From contig JAQGDQ010000006.1 in assembly GCA_030141605.1 (NCBI GenBank), positions 558,001 to 622,000 of the forward strand: a stretch of 64,000 nt of DNA. Reading direction: 5' to 3'. A program made the position numbers and the translations under genes. The notes under the pieces were generated by a model, which saw only the letters and a list, made by a program, of their open reading frames with translations, searched no databases and was not told the DNA's origin. The DNA comes from Tubiluchus corallicola (Eukaryota; Animalia; Priapulida). Below, piece after piece: positions 13,546 through 26,672 of the stretch. The first letter of the stretch is position 1. Each line of letters begins with the position of its first letter.

Positions 13546-14149
13546 AAGTTATCGCTGATCGAATGATAATTTTGGCATTTACGCGCACCCTGCCATTCTG
13601 TCACTCATTCGGAACCAATTTTGTGGCTTCCATTTAGATCAAACAAGTTTTGGTACATCTGCAGCAAAGGGTTAAAATTAAGTCACTACATCAGTCTCCA
13701 ATTATACAAGACGCGACCTACTGACGAATGGATGCAGAAAGCCAATGAACACTTATAGCCCCACAGAGTGTATCTTGAAAACTGGGACTGTCAGCGGATG
13801 AAAGATTTTTGTCCCTATTCCATAACTACTAAGCAGTTCAAGGAGATTCACAGTATGCCCATATTCCAAAAAGTCTTCTATAAATTTCTGCGACCCAAAA
13901 TGTATGCAGAATCAGATAAGCGCAAACCAAGTAACTTAGATGCTCTTGTTAAGTACCAACGTTTGGTTAGGAAAAATTAACAATCAGTGCCGTATTGTGG
14001 ACTTGCCTTCAGCTTATGTTAACGCAGGTATTAAAACATTAAGCCTCGTTAAGCTAAATAGTCGCTGATCCGTCAGATTGGATTGCATTTGATGGCGAAG
14101 ATTCGGCTCCAAATTATAAACGCGCTGGAGCAAGTGTATGGTAATTTTC

Positions 14150-14627
14150 GGAAAACATGGAATGCAAGTCCAGTTTTGCCAAATTTACAGACAGCTGCAA
14201 AGTTTTGCTTTTCTGTTGTTTTGCTGTTCATTTTTGTAAGCGTTGAAAATCTGTTAATACAAACAAGGGTTCAGTTTCAAAGTGTCCCGCGGTCGGCAGT
14301 ATCAATTAACGGGGATTTACCTACATAAAGTATTGCCATAAACACTGTGGAAACATTTCAAAATAGTTGCTTCCTTTGTAGTGACCAAATCTTTCAAAAT
14401 TAGATAAAGGAAGTGATTAAGCTTATTAAACATGGGCAGTGGAACTGATTTTTTCATATAGATGATCGACTGAAGCGAATAATTATTCATTGTATTTCAA
14501 ATATGTATTTCTTGATTATGGTGTAATTTAAACGAAATTTGCTTTCTATTGAATTTATCGTTTATTTTGCTAATACTGAGTACATAATTTTTAATTTTCC
14601 AATGTTTTCCAGCAATTTCCATCTCTA
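14150..14627 (+). mobile_element. Possible decayed hAT transposon 3' end
   Basis: Translation WNASPVLPNLQTAAKFCFSV...SVENL resembles a hAT C-terminal dimerisation domain. The region ends in ccatctcta (rc TAGAGATGG, an Ac-type TIR). No left end found. Confidence 0.3.
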
Positions 14628-15580
14628 GGAAAAGTTCTCGTCGACATTCTCTTGAAACTACCATTCCTATGAACGACCACGAAATAAAATTGTGAGATGA
14701 TATGGATTTACATGTTTAAACTAATTCAAGTGCTGCCAATTGCGTGAGTTTAACTATACCCTAACTATACCCAGCTAATTATAACCACCACAACCTGTCA
14801 AATGGAAATATAAATTATAATAAAATATGCGTGTTTAATGCAGTGTGTAATTCCATTCTTGCAATGACATACGCCGCGACAATCCTGCATGCAGATTCGC
14901 CATATGATGATGGTCACATCTAATATTCCAACTCTAATCAATTGGGCAAACACCACAAATTGTCCAATCCCTTGCTTCTTATGCAAATAAAATCTTAAAC
15001 GGACGCATTTGGTGATTTGGATGCATCGTAAATGATACCTGCGTCTCGTGATGTAAGGACAGAAAGATGAGCTCGAGCTTCGAGGTTGGTGGCAAAGATA
15101 TAAAACATGTAAAGTAGCTTAACAGGTTAAGAGAATTTAATCCAAGCATGCTGGTGCTGCGAGATCCAATAATAAGCTGTAGCAGCAGGGGACCCTAAAA
15201 ATCTTTTCACAGAAATTAATAGCGCAAAAATATACACGCCAGTTACAAAAAGTGTTGTTGACATCCATGAAGAATCTCGAGTGCAGATCAATATTGTGGT
15301 TTGTGGAATAATATTGGTCGTAAAAACAGTCAACATACGACAATAGCCGTGTAAAGGCTTCTTTTGTGTACTGTGTAAAATCACAAACTAGTGAAGCTAC
15401 TACAATACGTTCATATTATATGAAAAAGATGCCGGCTATCAGAGTAAAATTTAAGAAAAAATAAACCGGTAGTATTACTGCATAGGATAATAGTATAATA
15501 TCTCGGTGGTGTGTAGTATACTTTTTTATACATGGCGCTAATAAGTGTAAAGCGAGAAAAATAACCTAGTAGTCACGGTG

Positions 15581-15760
15581 TGTGCGTGGTGACGAAGTGT
15601 AGAATGGATAGCCACTACCGAGTTTGATACTCACTTTGGGCGGTTTCTGTTGATTCTGGCTGTTTACCTGGTAGAAGGAAGACATGTTCTCAGTCCGAGT
15701 GTCGCTAAGACACCTGTGACAGTTCTGGGTCTCATCTCAACTCTGGTGGATATGTGTTTA
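15581..15760 (+). mobile_element. Possible degenerate tRNA-derived SINE
   Basis: A-box-like tggtgacgaagtgtagaatg and B-box-like gagtttgatactc at tRNA-like spacing, then a GC-richer body. No cloverleaf or TSD established. Confidence 0.25.
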
Positions 15761-16789
15761 TACGCTTGTATGCGCAGAATAAAAATTTAGTTTAATTTGT
15801 ATTTATAATAATATATTTAGATGCATAAAACGGTTTTACAACATACAACGCACCACATTATGTATGGCAATTGTTTTTGCTAGGTGAATGCTAAGTTGTA
15901 CGAGTATGATTAATGGGCGTGAATAGAAAAAACTGACTTACATATTAAAACACAAAACTTAGCTCCTCACAAATGAGCCTAACAGCCAACAATGCACCCG
16001 ATATGTTTCAAAATAAATGCAAGAGGCAGGCAGTATTTGAAATAAATATATAGAGAAAACTCCTATTAAGCCATTTAGCGTCAACATCATCTTTTTCAAT
16101 ATTAATGGCTTTTCTCTAAGTTCAGAGGCTCTTAGCTGTTAAAATCTCTCCTTGCGTCCATTAGTTTCCTCCAAGGTCTAGTAAACTTAACGCAAATGCT
16201 GCTCGATATACTGATGTCAGATATTTACCGTTAACATTGGATTACCCAGTAGACTAGCCATTATTTTTGCTGGACTTTGTGTGTTGACTCGGGCCTGATA
16301 GGCTATTTACTTTAACCGCGCGGCTCGGTCTTTATAATGAATTAAGCTAATGTCAAAGCTTTTCCCTTATTCGTTTTGCCGCTCTACACACACATAGGGA
16401 AAAATCAATTAGCTGTACCGGACAAAATGCAGTAAGATTACAACGTTATAATTATAATTATACTATAACGGTATAATTATAATTATATAATAATAATTAC
16501 AATTATACCGTTGTAGTAAGTAATTCTTTGATGCTTTTTTAAATTGATAAAGACTAAGAGTTTTCATTTCACGCTGAATCGATAACCATATTTTAATAGC
16601 ATTATATTTTGATGACTGTTTTCATTATGGAAGAGGGAGTACATAGTTCCGACTGAATATGTTGAGTAATGATCATGTTGATTGTTAACTCACAATTTTA
16701 CTCATCCTGATCTTAAGTCACAAACAAAATTTATTTTGTTCTAATGTACATTATAACTGATGAAAATAATATGTAATGTTAATTGTCAA

Positions 16790-17170
16790 TTGTTCCACTT
16801 ATCTGGAGGAGGCTCGAAAGCATAATGCTCCTTCCTCCACATTGACTTGCTGTAATTCTAGTTTCTGCTATACTTTCACTTCTTTTCAATAAAAGGTTTT
16901 CTTACAACTTTCATTAACCCATTTGTTAAGAATATACCTCTCCAGTTATTTATATCATGTCCCTGCCACCTTTTCTGGATAGTGATTTTATTTTAATTTT
17001 TTTCCAATGTAATGGAGCACGCTATTTCGTTACTTCATTATGCGTTTTTAGTTTACTCTGTTTTAAATCCAGCCCTGCATATATCATCATCTCATTTTGT
17101 ACATCCTTGTAGATCAGCTGCTTACCTATTTGGACTCCTAATTGCTTGCTTCATTTCACTAATTGTGATT
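16790..17170 (-). mobile_element. Degenerate non-LTR retrotransposon RT fragment
   Basis: Frameshifted minus-strand translations EMKQAIRS..AA, DINNWRGIFLTN and ITASQCGGRS match the N-terminal RT motifs of non-LTR elements (NYRxIxL; QxGF/GR). Confidence 0.6.
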
Positions 17171-20160
17171 TCTCTAATTTTTCGTTGTTTTCTTACTTCA
17201 ACTATTTGTGTAAAAATTTTATTTACTATTTCTTCGACTTCATTATTTTCTTCTTCTATGGTAAGTAACTCTTTGAAGTAATTTATATATTTATCTTTTA
17301 TTTCTTCTCACTCACATTTTTTCCGTCTTATTCTTTTATTACACATTTTTCCTCTTTCTTCACGCCCATCATCCGTCTCCTAAAGGCCCCAAAAAGTTTT
17401 TGATTTCACATCTCCATCCTTCAACATGTTTGCGAATTTGATGTGGCACTATTTTTTTCATAAATTTATTTTGAAATGGGAAAGTGAGAGGCGAGTCAGG
17501 TTTGAAAAGCAGTATGACATACCCTCGCTTAACCAGAAAAGCTGTATGTATTACAACTTAGCGCACGTCGTCTGAAGCCTGTGCAATTGGACTCAGTTTG
17601 ATAGATAAACTAAACAGTTGTTTTTCACTTTGCTGAGGATGTGCACATGGATTTCACGTCCTATAAGCAATTTACTTGTCACATCCGTCACACAAAAATG
17701 TGTGGAAATTTGAAGTTTCGACTGATTGCTTACAAACTGCACGGTATACATTGCGCTGAATTCTTCATGGAATTGTTATCTGCCTTCGCATACGGCAACT
17801 GGTTGTCTGCGGCTCGTTCGCAAGCGTCTTTGTTTACCGGCTGTCATCCGTACTTTCTGTATAGTCTATGTACTAATTTTTCATAGACTTTTGAATTGTA
17901 AGCCTAAAGGCTGAAACAATCCACAACTGAGCTTTCTTTATACACAAAGCTGGTGTATCACCATGCTTCAGGGTGTGCTAGCCGTGCAAGGCCTTATTAA
18001 GCCTGCAACCAAGTATTTAATAGAAATATAAGAAAAAATCATATTGATGATTTATCCACAATATGTTTGTCTGTTGGCTCTAGATTTTAGTAAGATTTTC
18101 TAACTTACAACTATGTTCTGTGAAAAGTCATTTTTCTGAGGTTGGAAGTCATTGGTATAACTGGAAATGTTGAAAAACGCGGTTTCATAAAAAATTAGAA
18201 CAGACCTGCTCTCCAACGAATTACTTGTTGTTCAGTTTGTGGGAGTTCCTGCTTTGAAAGCAGAAACTATTACAACTTTCAGATTGCTGGGTTGATCGAA
18301 AAACGATTTTTCGTGACTTTTTTTCATGCGAAACCACTCAAGATATCCTTATCAGTGTGAAAGAAACATATCTCATGGTGAAGAAAACAAGTTTTCGCAT
18401 ATAAAAACTAAATGGCCTAACTAGTGGAGAAGGTTGTTCTGAAGGTTAGTCAGCATCCACATTTCGACGCATTTTAGGTTGTACTTTAGTTAAGATCTTA
18501 TTGAGACCAAAAGAGCTTCCGCAAACTTGAAACAAGCAACCTGGAAGATGAACAGATGCATTGGTAATAAAATGCGGTTAATATCTTAACAACAGAGTTT
18601 GCATTACTGCTAACACAACGAAGCCAACTGCGAGCATTTTTAGTGCGTTAAGGATTCTTTATTACGTCAAGGATTCGATAGCTAGGTGATACTACCGGGA
18701 GTAGCTGTTTTGAAATAAAGCCCAAAATAAACAAAACAGTGGTGTGTTTATTTTAACTGTCTCCCACGGCAAATTTAAATGCACCCCTACAGTTATTTAA
18801 AGTTAATCATCAAAAAGTACCTTTTGAAGGTTTGGATGGAAGGCTTCTTCTCTACAGTATAATTTATTCAGTAGCAGGGCATAGGTATTGTTGACAGACT
18901 CGTCAGTCAAGTGTTTTGTTATGTCCTAATTCTCGACTTAACATTCTGTGAAATGAAATATACGATAGATTATGGTAGATGTTCCATGTAAAAGCATCAC
19001 GAAATGTCGGAAAACTTCCAACATGCTACGTATAACACCCACAGGAGCCTCACAAGGACTTTCTCTAAATGTTTCACACGCCTTCTCATCACTGCACTAC
19101 TAACAAACCTGCCAAACATGCCATACTGCCAAACCCGCCATACTCGTCAAAAGTAACTGACTAGCTTAAACTAGCTAACCAATTAATTAGCTTACAAACT
19201 AACTAATAAAAAAACAAACTAACTAGCTAACCAAATCATAGCTAGATACCTACTTAGACAGCCAGTCAGTCAGTGAGTTAGACAGTCAGTCAGTCGATAT
19301 GTGCGTGCATGTATTCATTGTTCATTCATTTGCTTGTTTGCATACATTTTGTTCTTTTGCATCAGTTAATCAGTAAACCAAATAGTCAGCCTGGCGAATG
19401 AGTAAATCACCTAATAAGTTTGTGCGTAATGTTGTTTTATTCCACATAATTATACTGAAAAAAGATTCAAGAATAAATGTATAACGCCTTGGTTTGCTGA
19501 CGTTGAAATTTCGTCGATGTGTGGAATATAAATTTCCAATTCTTATTCGATGTGTACGTTCGGTGTTTAAAATCTCAAATGGGAAATATTTAACATCCTA
19601 CAATTATGTCGCTAAGGCAGATTTGGGAACGCTTCCAGTGCAACAAAATTTTAATTAGAACATTGCATCAACGTCACATCTTAAATGTAAAACATCCTTT
19701 TATATTACTGCGATTGGATACCAAAGCTAAAATTTTATTTATAACTGTATCTTATTTTTATTTATAACTGTATCATGTATATACGACATCCATATCAAAA
19801 CTTCCCTTCAAGCAGCTCATATGAAACACATGCAGCTGTCTTGTACGCAAACGCGCTTTAAATTTGCTTCAACAAAAATATTTGTTTAGCAGTTTTCACT
19901 CAAACCGCGAGGAAAAACTTTAGTAATTTTTAGTGAAATCGATAAGCAGAATGAGTCATTAATTTAAAATCCTTTGCAGGACAGAAGAAAATCCTAAATC
20001 AAGTTAAAGCCTACCTTAAGATGCATTCACATCTATATAGTCAAGCAGCAGCATAAAACCCGTTATTCAGCTGTTTTACAATTTGCACTAATGCCATTTA
20101 CGCGTGCGACTTCCACATTTACTATTCTCTCCCACTAAAAGTAACGGCGAGCACTTAGTG

Positions 20161-20700
20161 TGCAAAACAACGCGTCCCTTTACTTGGACAAACAAAGTTT
20201 ATTGGAGTTTTCTGTAAAACACGCGTCCTTTTTAAAGAACATGAACAAACAACGTTTTTCTCAAAGTGTTATTGAATAAGAAACATCCACTTTCATTTTC
20301 CTGTTCTGTCTTCCTGAAAGACGAGGCCTATTCTAGAAAAAGACACCATGCATGCTTTCCAGAAACGACGCGAGCTTTTGGAAAGCACATGCTTCCAGTC
20401 TTCCGGTTTCGAAAAGATCTTTTTTCGCTATGTCATGGAAACAGCACATGACAAATGTTTCTTTCTAATGTATGCTGCTTTTCGAAACAACGTGTCATTT
20501 GCAGCCAGTCAAATTGCGACAAAGTGGCGTGTGTCACATAAAGCTGTTGTTTTTGGATGCACACGTGCTTTCTCGAAAAGAGGAGTCGGGAAAATGAAGG
20601 TGGAGTTAAGATACGTACCTTAAATGACAGTACTGTGCCTTTTTTTCACCAGTGAAGTTGCGAGAAAACGACAAGTGTTTTCACAAACGAGGCAAGTAGT
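20161..20700. repeat. Dispersed degenerate AAAC(A/G)ACG(C/T)GT motif array (probable decayed MITE interior)
   Basis: aaacaacgcgtc, aaacacgcgtcc, aaacgacgcgag, aaacaacgtgtc and aaacgacaagtg recur within about 550 bp. Confidence 0.45.
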
Positions 20701-22419
20701 TTCAAAAAATTTTCACACCAACGAAATTGCCAAAAAATGTTTGAAACTTGTAAAAGCAAACGTGATTACTTCACGTATTTGACACTAATTACCCGTGAGA
20801 CAATGTGTGCATTAGAAACTGTTTACAGCCATATGCGGGTCATTTTTGAAATAAGAGAGGCTAGACAACCTTTAAGTTCCACGGAGATTTCCACATTACA
20901 GCAATATGCTAACACAGCAGTATATAGTACAATAAACCATCCAGAGAATATGCCTTACCAAATCTTTCAATAAATTCTCTATGACAATGAATTATTCGCA
21001 AACTGTCTTTATTTCTTAACGTAATCATAAATCAACCGATACGTTAAAGTTTCGGCGTCAGAGTCTAACAAAGAAAACCATTAAATATCTAACGAGTGCG
21101 TTAAACTGGCAAAAACTATTACCACACAGAACAGAAACAATTTGTTAAGAAAAATACGCTACAGAACCTTTAGAGGCTTTATTTTAAAAACCGCCCAACG
21201 CAAGCAGGCACAATAAGAACAGCGTCTATATTTTCAATTCAATTTCAATGATCAAATACATAATTATAATGTACATTGGCAAAACACAATACAATACATA
21301 CATGTCAAATAGTGCATACATATAAAGTTAATTCATAAAAGCTTTTTCCAAAAGGTTATTTTCACTGTTAGTAGTAACAATAATTAACATTTTTGGCATA
21401 ACTTGTATTTAATAGATAAGTTAGCTAAGTAATTAAATAACTTAGTAAATAAATATAAGTAGACTGATATAAAATCACAGTTAAGTAGACGCCAGTTAAG
21501 TAATTGTAGACGCCATCCTAAGAAAAATTACGGTCGAACATTAAGCCGTTGGATCCATGTACGGGTAAGTTAGTTTGCAGATGATTTTTTGACAGCTGGT
21601 AGCTAAGTACATTATCATAATACGAGCCACACGACTATTGGTAGGGCTCTGTTTACCCAGGACTTTGACAGTACGTTTACAAAACTGGAACAAGTTTCCT
21701 TATAGTTGCAAACGGCTTAAAAACCTAATACAGGAGGCTTTGTCGGGTGCGAATCAAGCAAATGTACAGTCTACGCTGTGATACATTGAATCCTTCATTT
21801 ATAAAAATGGCCTTGCAAGCCTATCTGCCAAAGCTGAATTACTACAACTGTTGGATAAACAGAAGCAAACGTTTTTGCGGAATTTTGTTTTTATAAGCTT
21901 AAAGCACACACCAGACACAAAATTTCTAACATCTCGGTAAGCAAACATTATTTTTCCTCAAGCAGTAAAAATATGATGTCTTAAAACTGTAGACGCAGTT
22001 AACCAAAAGTTTCTGTTAGCCGAAACAACTGTTTCCAGTGATTCAGCTCCACTTTTTATTTGTATAAAAGTTGTGAGTCTAGTAGTAGTAATAAAATGTT
22101 GTTTTAGTCTGATTAGTTGTACAATAAAAACATTAGCTAAAATAGCTATTTGCCGACAAAGGATAAAAATTTTATGATGATATGTACAATAAATAACGAT
22201 GATGAATGTGATAAAATACATGTAAATGGCCATAGTTTCACAGTAGTCAAACGTGTTGTTAATTGTTGTTTTCAATACAACCACATTTTTAACTTACTCA
22301 AACCTGTAAAATTCGACAAAATAATGTTGCAGACATTGCAGTTATATCTACATAATTCGTTAAGCAAATAGCTAATATTACATATTAGCTGATATTCGAT
22401 ATAGCTGATTTTTAAACAT

Positions 22420-22900
22420 TGATTTTAATTTCCCCAGGCAACTTGTTCCACAAGTTAATTCCTACATATTTAATAGAGCTTTTTGTCATAACTAACTAAC
22501 GGCACTATAATGAGGCATTTATAAATACTAATGTTTTAGCAACTAAACAATGTAACCTAATCTCATGCAAAGAACGAGAACCTGTTTGCATGAGTAATGT
22601 TGCATACCGTAATCGTTGTGAGCAATTTAAACTTCCGTAAATTCACTTTCAGTTCTTCTATTGTTAACTATTCCACAAAGTGATATGCTAAGAAGCAACA
22701 ATTAAACTGCTATTTGAAATATGCATGATGTAATATTAACTTGTTCTTTAAGTCAAGAGATTTTTGAGCTTGTTCAGTACGTATTTTAATTTGTTAGATG
22801 TGTTTATACATGTAAGCTGAGGGTATGGTCCGTAAAGTTTAATTTGGCATCTATGTTGACTCCTAGTAATTTTATGTATTTTGCATCCTGCAATAATTGC
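22420..22900 (-). mobile_element. CR1/L2-type LINE 3' ORF2 remnant (further decayed parts may extend to ~24780)
   Basis: Minus-strand QDAKYIKLLGVNIDAKLNFTDH (RT thumb motif KxLGVxIDxxLxF) and SIKYVGINLWNKLPGEIK (C-terminal WNxLP motif). Confidence 0.65.
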
Positions 22901-25519
22901 TACACCATTGAGAAGAAGATATTTTTCACTTTCATCTAAGGGGAATTTCGAAAAAACTATGCCTTCAAATTTTCCAGGATTAGCTGCTATTTGGTTGCAT
23001 GTACAGTATAGTTAATTTTGTGGAATTATATTTTCACAAATATAGCCACTTCGGGAGCACGCAGGTCTTTACTAAAATGTGTTTAAAAGGCTTACTGAGA
23101 TTTGCCGAAAACAAAACAAGGGAAATTCCTCTGTGTTGTTTTCCACAAATCTCAGTAAACTGGAGATTGCTGAGATATACAAAACAACGGAAAATTTGGA
23201 AACAGCTTTTTACAAGTATTTAGACAGCCGGGAGTAGATGTGAACCTAGGGTTTTAAGACGCTGGACTTCTCAAGCTTAAGGATCCGAGATAAGAGCCAT
23301 AATGCGAAAATCAGAGCAAATGGCTTTGTCAGTGAACTTCTTTTAACTTCCAGTATTTGACAAGGAGCGACTATTTATAAGATGTGCATTAAGTATGCTT
23401 CAAAAAGTTGGCATGACTAGATCAAATGAAGTAGGCAAATTAAAATGTTAAAATGGGGTCATGTCAATAACTCCGTGAGTATAGCGGCTGGAACCATGAC
23501 ACTTGCAGGATAGACACCTATTCATTTACATGTATAAAGATTAAAAAATGTAGTTAGCAGTGCAATGAAGCTTATAATAATTATGAGTGCACTCAATAGA
23601 GGTGTAAAATGCAAATCCAGACACGCCTTGACATGCCGTCATTATTCACAAAAATTTATTTTGACATTTTTGACCTTATGACCTTTTAATCTTTGACTTT
23701 TTAAGTAGTGGGTTTCCGGACCGTTTCCCAGGTCTTGGCAAGGATCTTGCCGCTAGACCAGTCTCTGCACCAAGTTAGGTCTTTGCACAAAAACTCTAGC
23801 TTCATCCGTTTGGATTTTATAGGCATTTCTTGATCTCATGACCTTGACCCTTGACTTTTCGAACACAAATTTTCACCGCGCTTATCCAAGCCTATCCTTG
23901 CGCTAAATTTGAGATGAATATATGATGAACAGATGAGATAGTTGATCGTCCTCTGAGAGGTTTTCCATCTTTACAAGCATCTGAAGAAACTTTCCATAAG
24001 CATTCTATCTTACATGTCTATAAACCCTAGTGTGAATTCCCTGCTCCACTCTATGCGCTCAATCTGCAATTCTTCATACAATTGCACACAACAGTTTCTT
24101 CATTCAGTGGCACTTGTACTTAATTTATAAAACAATATGCGCTTTTCATTTGGTTTTTCGGGAATTCCACACGTTTTTGCAGGGCTGCCTTGCCAGTTGC
24201 CAACCGCTGCAACTGGGCTCTTCTAGCAAGTATCGGCTCTTCTTCATATTTGTATTGGCTGTTCACTCTGAGAATAAGGACCGACACTAACGAAAATCAA
24301 GACAAGTTTGATATCGTTAAACTTGAATGACATTCTTTCTTTCACTGTTATTCTCGGCCTCTACACCATCCTTCAACACAGACAAACTTGAGAACGACAT
24401 TTTTTTAATAACAGTGTGACCCATTTTTTATATGTTCTTCTGCTCATAAAGTTAGATTTGGTTGAAGTTGTTGAATTTTTTTATTTGTCTGAGCTTAAGT
24501 TGTTTTTGGTTTGCCAGGTGTTTTTGCGAGGTCTTAAGGAAACTTCTAAGGCTTCCTCTTTCTCTAAAATTTTAACCTTAGATTGTCAGAGAATTAACGA
24601 ATCTTCCCAGTCTTCAAAATTCAGGAATCAAGTGTGTGACAACAGGATTCCATTGTTCAGAGGAGACATTAGACAACCAACTTGACAGGTCAGTTTTGTA
24701 TTCGTTCGTTAGTACATAGTCAGGTCGTTTTTTCAAGAAGTTCATTAATAGACGCACTACTTCTGTCCCTGAAGCCATCATAGACAAGCATCAGTGCCGC
24801 ATTACCACAAAACTGACTAGGCTGAAGCCTTTGGGCCCTTCAAGAGCAGGTGCAACATTTTTCTTTTAGTTTTTAATGTTAATACAATGGATAATGTAAA
24901 CGTACACTGCGCGACACAGAAATTAATTTGTAGGGATCCTCTTTGATACGAGAGACGCTAAGCGTGCATTAAACCATACAAAAAAGAAATGTTTGTTCAA
25001 TTTATGTAAAATTTTGACGCACAGTCCAGGAAAGCCCGACATAAATTTGAACAATGTTCTGGATCAGTTTCTTGAAGGACTAACGAGAAAAATGCTTAAG
25101 TAGCTAGATACATATTCGCTTAACTTTACAGCACAGTGAAGGTATTTTGGTATTATTTTGCATCATGCTAATTAAAGGTTATCTGATAAGATTATATTAT
25201 TTGCTTTGTTATTCCATTAAAAACTTTACGTAAAATATCATTGCAATAAATTAAAAATAATTAATAAACAAAATTAGGTTGTGAATGCCTCTAGAAGACT
25301 TCACCTGCATGAAGTTTTTGTCGATTTTGCTGTTGTTGCTATATGGGGAAAATTAGATTTCGCGTGCCCAGATCTTTAGCATTTTCCAGACACATAGACA
25401 GAGAATGTAATGATAGAAACGTTTCCAACAGAAGTTAATACCACTGAAATACTTTACTGGGACGAAAATCAGCACAAAATTGTCTCATATTATAAGCTGG
25501 CTATTTACAACATAGACAG

Positions 25520-25836
25520 TAGGGGTGAGCATCGAACGTTCGAGTTCGAATCGAATTCGAACGAGTTTTTTTTAGTTCGAACTCGATTCGAATCCAAAAC
25601 TATAGATTCGAATAATTCAGCACTTCAATCACACATATCCTTTATCACTAAAACGATTGAAACACTAGTCGTTTCATTGCAGAACAAAATCTAGTGATAT
25701 GCATGATCTTTGTAAGACTAATTTTTGCTGGTGGTTCGAAAACTTGTTCGAAAATCTTTCGATCTCAATTCAAATTCAAAACACTGAAGTTCGGTTCGAT
25801 TCGAATTCGCTTTCTGGCAGAGAATGCTCACCCCTA
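25520..25836. mobile_element. hAT (Ac-type) MITE, 317 bp
   Basis: Perfect 13-bp TIR TAGGGGTGAGCAT. Perfect 8-bp TSD ATAGACAG (25512-25519, 25837-25844; fits nTnnnnAn). Subterminal TTCGAA repeats at both ends. Confidence 0.93.
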
Positions 25837-25959
25837 ATAGACAGGTGGCTCACCCGTAACCAATGAACGCTGGTTTGAAAATAAAAGGTTTACATTACTA
25901 CCACAGATGGCGCCACGTACATCAATTTTATAAGTAGATCTACAAAAAGCTTCAATTAA

Positions 25960-26240
25960 GTCTGCTACAGAGTTCAAATAGATGAGAACGAGGCCATGGT
26001 GTCATTTGATGATGATGTTTCTTTGCTTTTACCAATGGACATAGCTCATATTCCATATCTGTCAGATCGAATTTGGAGTATGACATGACTTTACATTCTA
26101 GAACTTGCTTGACGACGTTATTCGTGTTCAAAGCTTGTGTCGTCCAATACTTATTTTATGCATAATACCATTTATAAACAGCTTAATGGTTTTCCTGTGG
26201 GGTCCTATGAATGCCAGAGTTGCTTATTTATCCATGGTGT
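25960..26240 (+). mobile_element. Penelope-like element RT remnant
   Basis: Translations IDENEAMVSFDDDVSL and YKQLNGFPVGS...VAYLSM match the PLE RT motifs (xSFDVxSLF; YxQxxGxPMGS..xAxLxM). Frameshifted. Confidence 0.65.
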
Positions 26241-26554
26241 GCATTGATAAGGGAAGAAGACGTTTGTGCGGTGGAAAACTGGGTGCGACCGTTTGGGCGC
26301 CAGGACCGCGCACAAGTGGCGTTACAAACTGACAACATGACTCGACCACGCAAAAATACTTTATTTCTGTTTTGAGCTAAAAATCACACTGCACAACAGT
26401 CTAAAATTGTTGTCAGAATCCTTGTCCACTACCTGAATACCTTGTAACTTTGAAAACATCTAAAAAGTTTTTGTACGAAAACAAGTCATTATTTTCGCGA
26501 GTACAATCGTGTAAACTGGAATCGGCTAAGCTGAAATATAACTCACTTAGCATC

Positions 26555-26672
26555 TAAAACACTGCAGGTAAACACATAATAATATTACACATTTTGCAAG
26601 TTTATATATAATACCAAGTTTATATATACTTGCGAAATGCGTGATATTATTGTGTTTAGCTGCAGTGTTTTA
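26555..26672. repeat. Imperfect ~46-bp inverted repeat abutting a (TA)n tract
   Basis: taaaacactgcaggtaaacacataataatattacacattttgcaagt pairs with acttgcgaaatgcgtgatattattgtgtttagctgcagtgtttta, with a few mismatches and a small indel. Confidence 0.8.
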
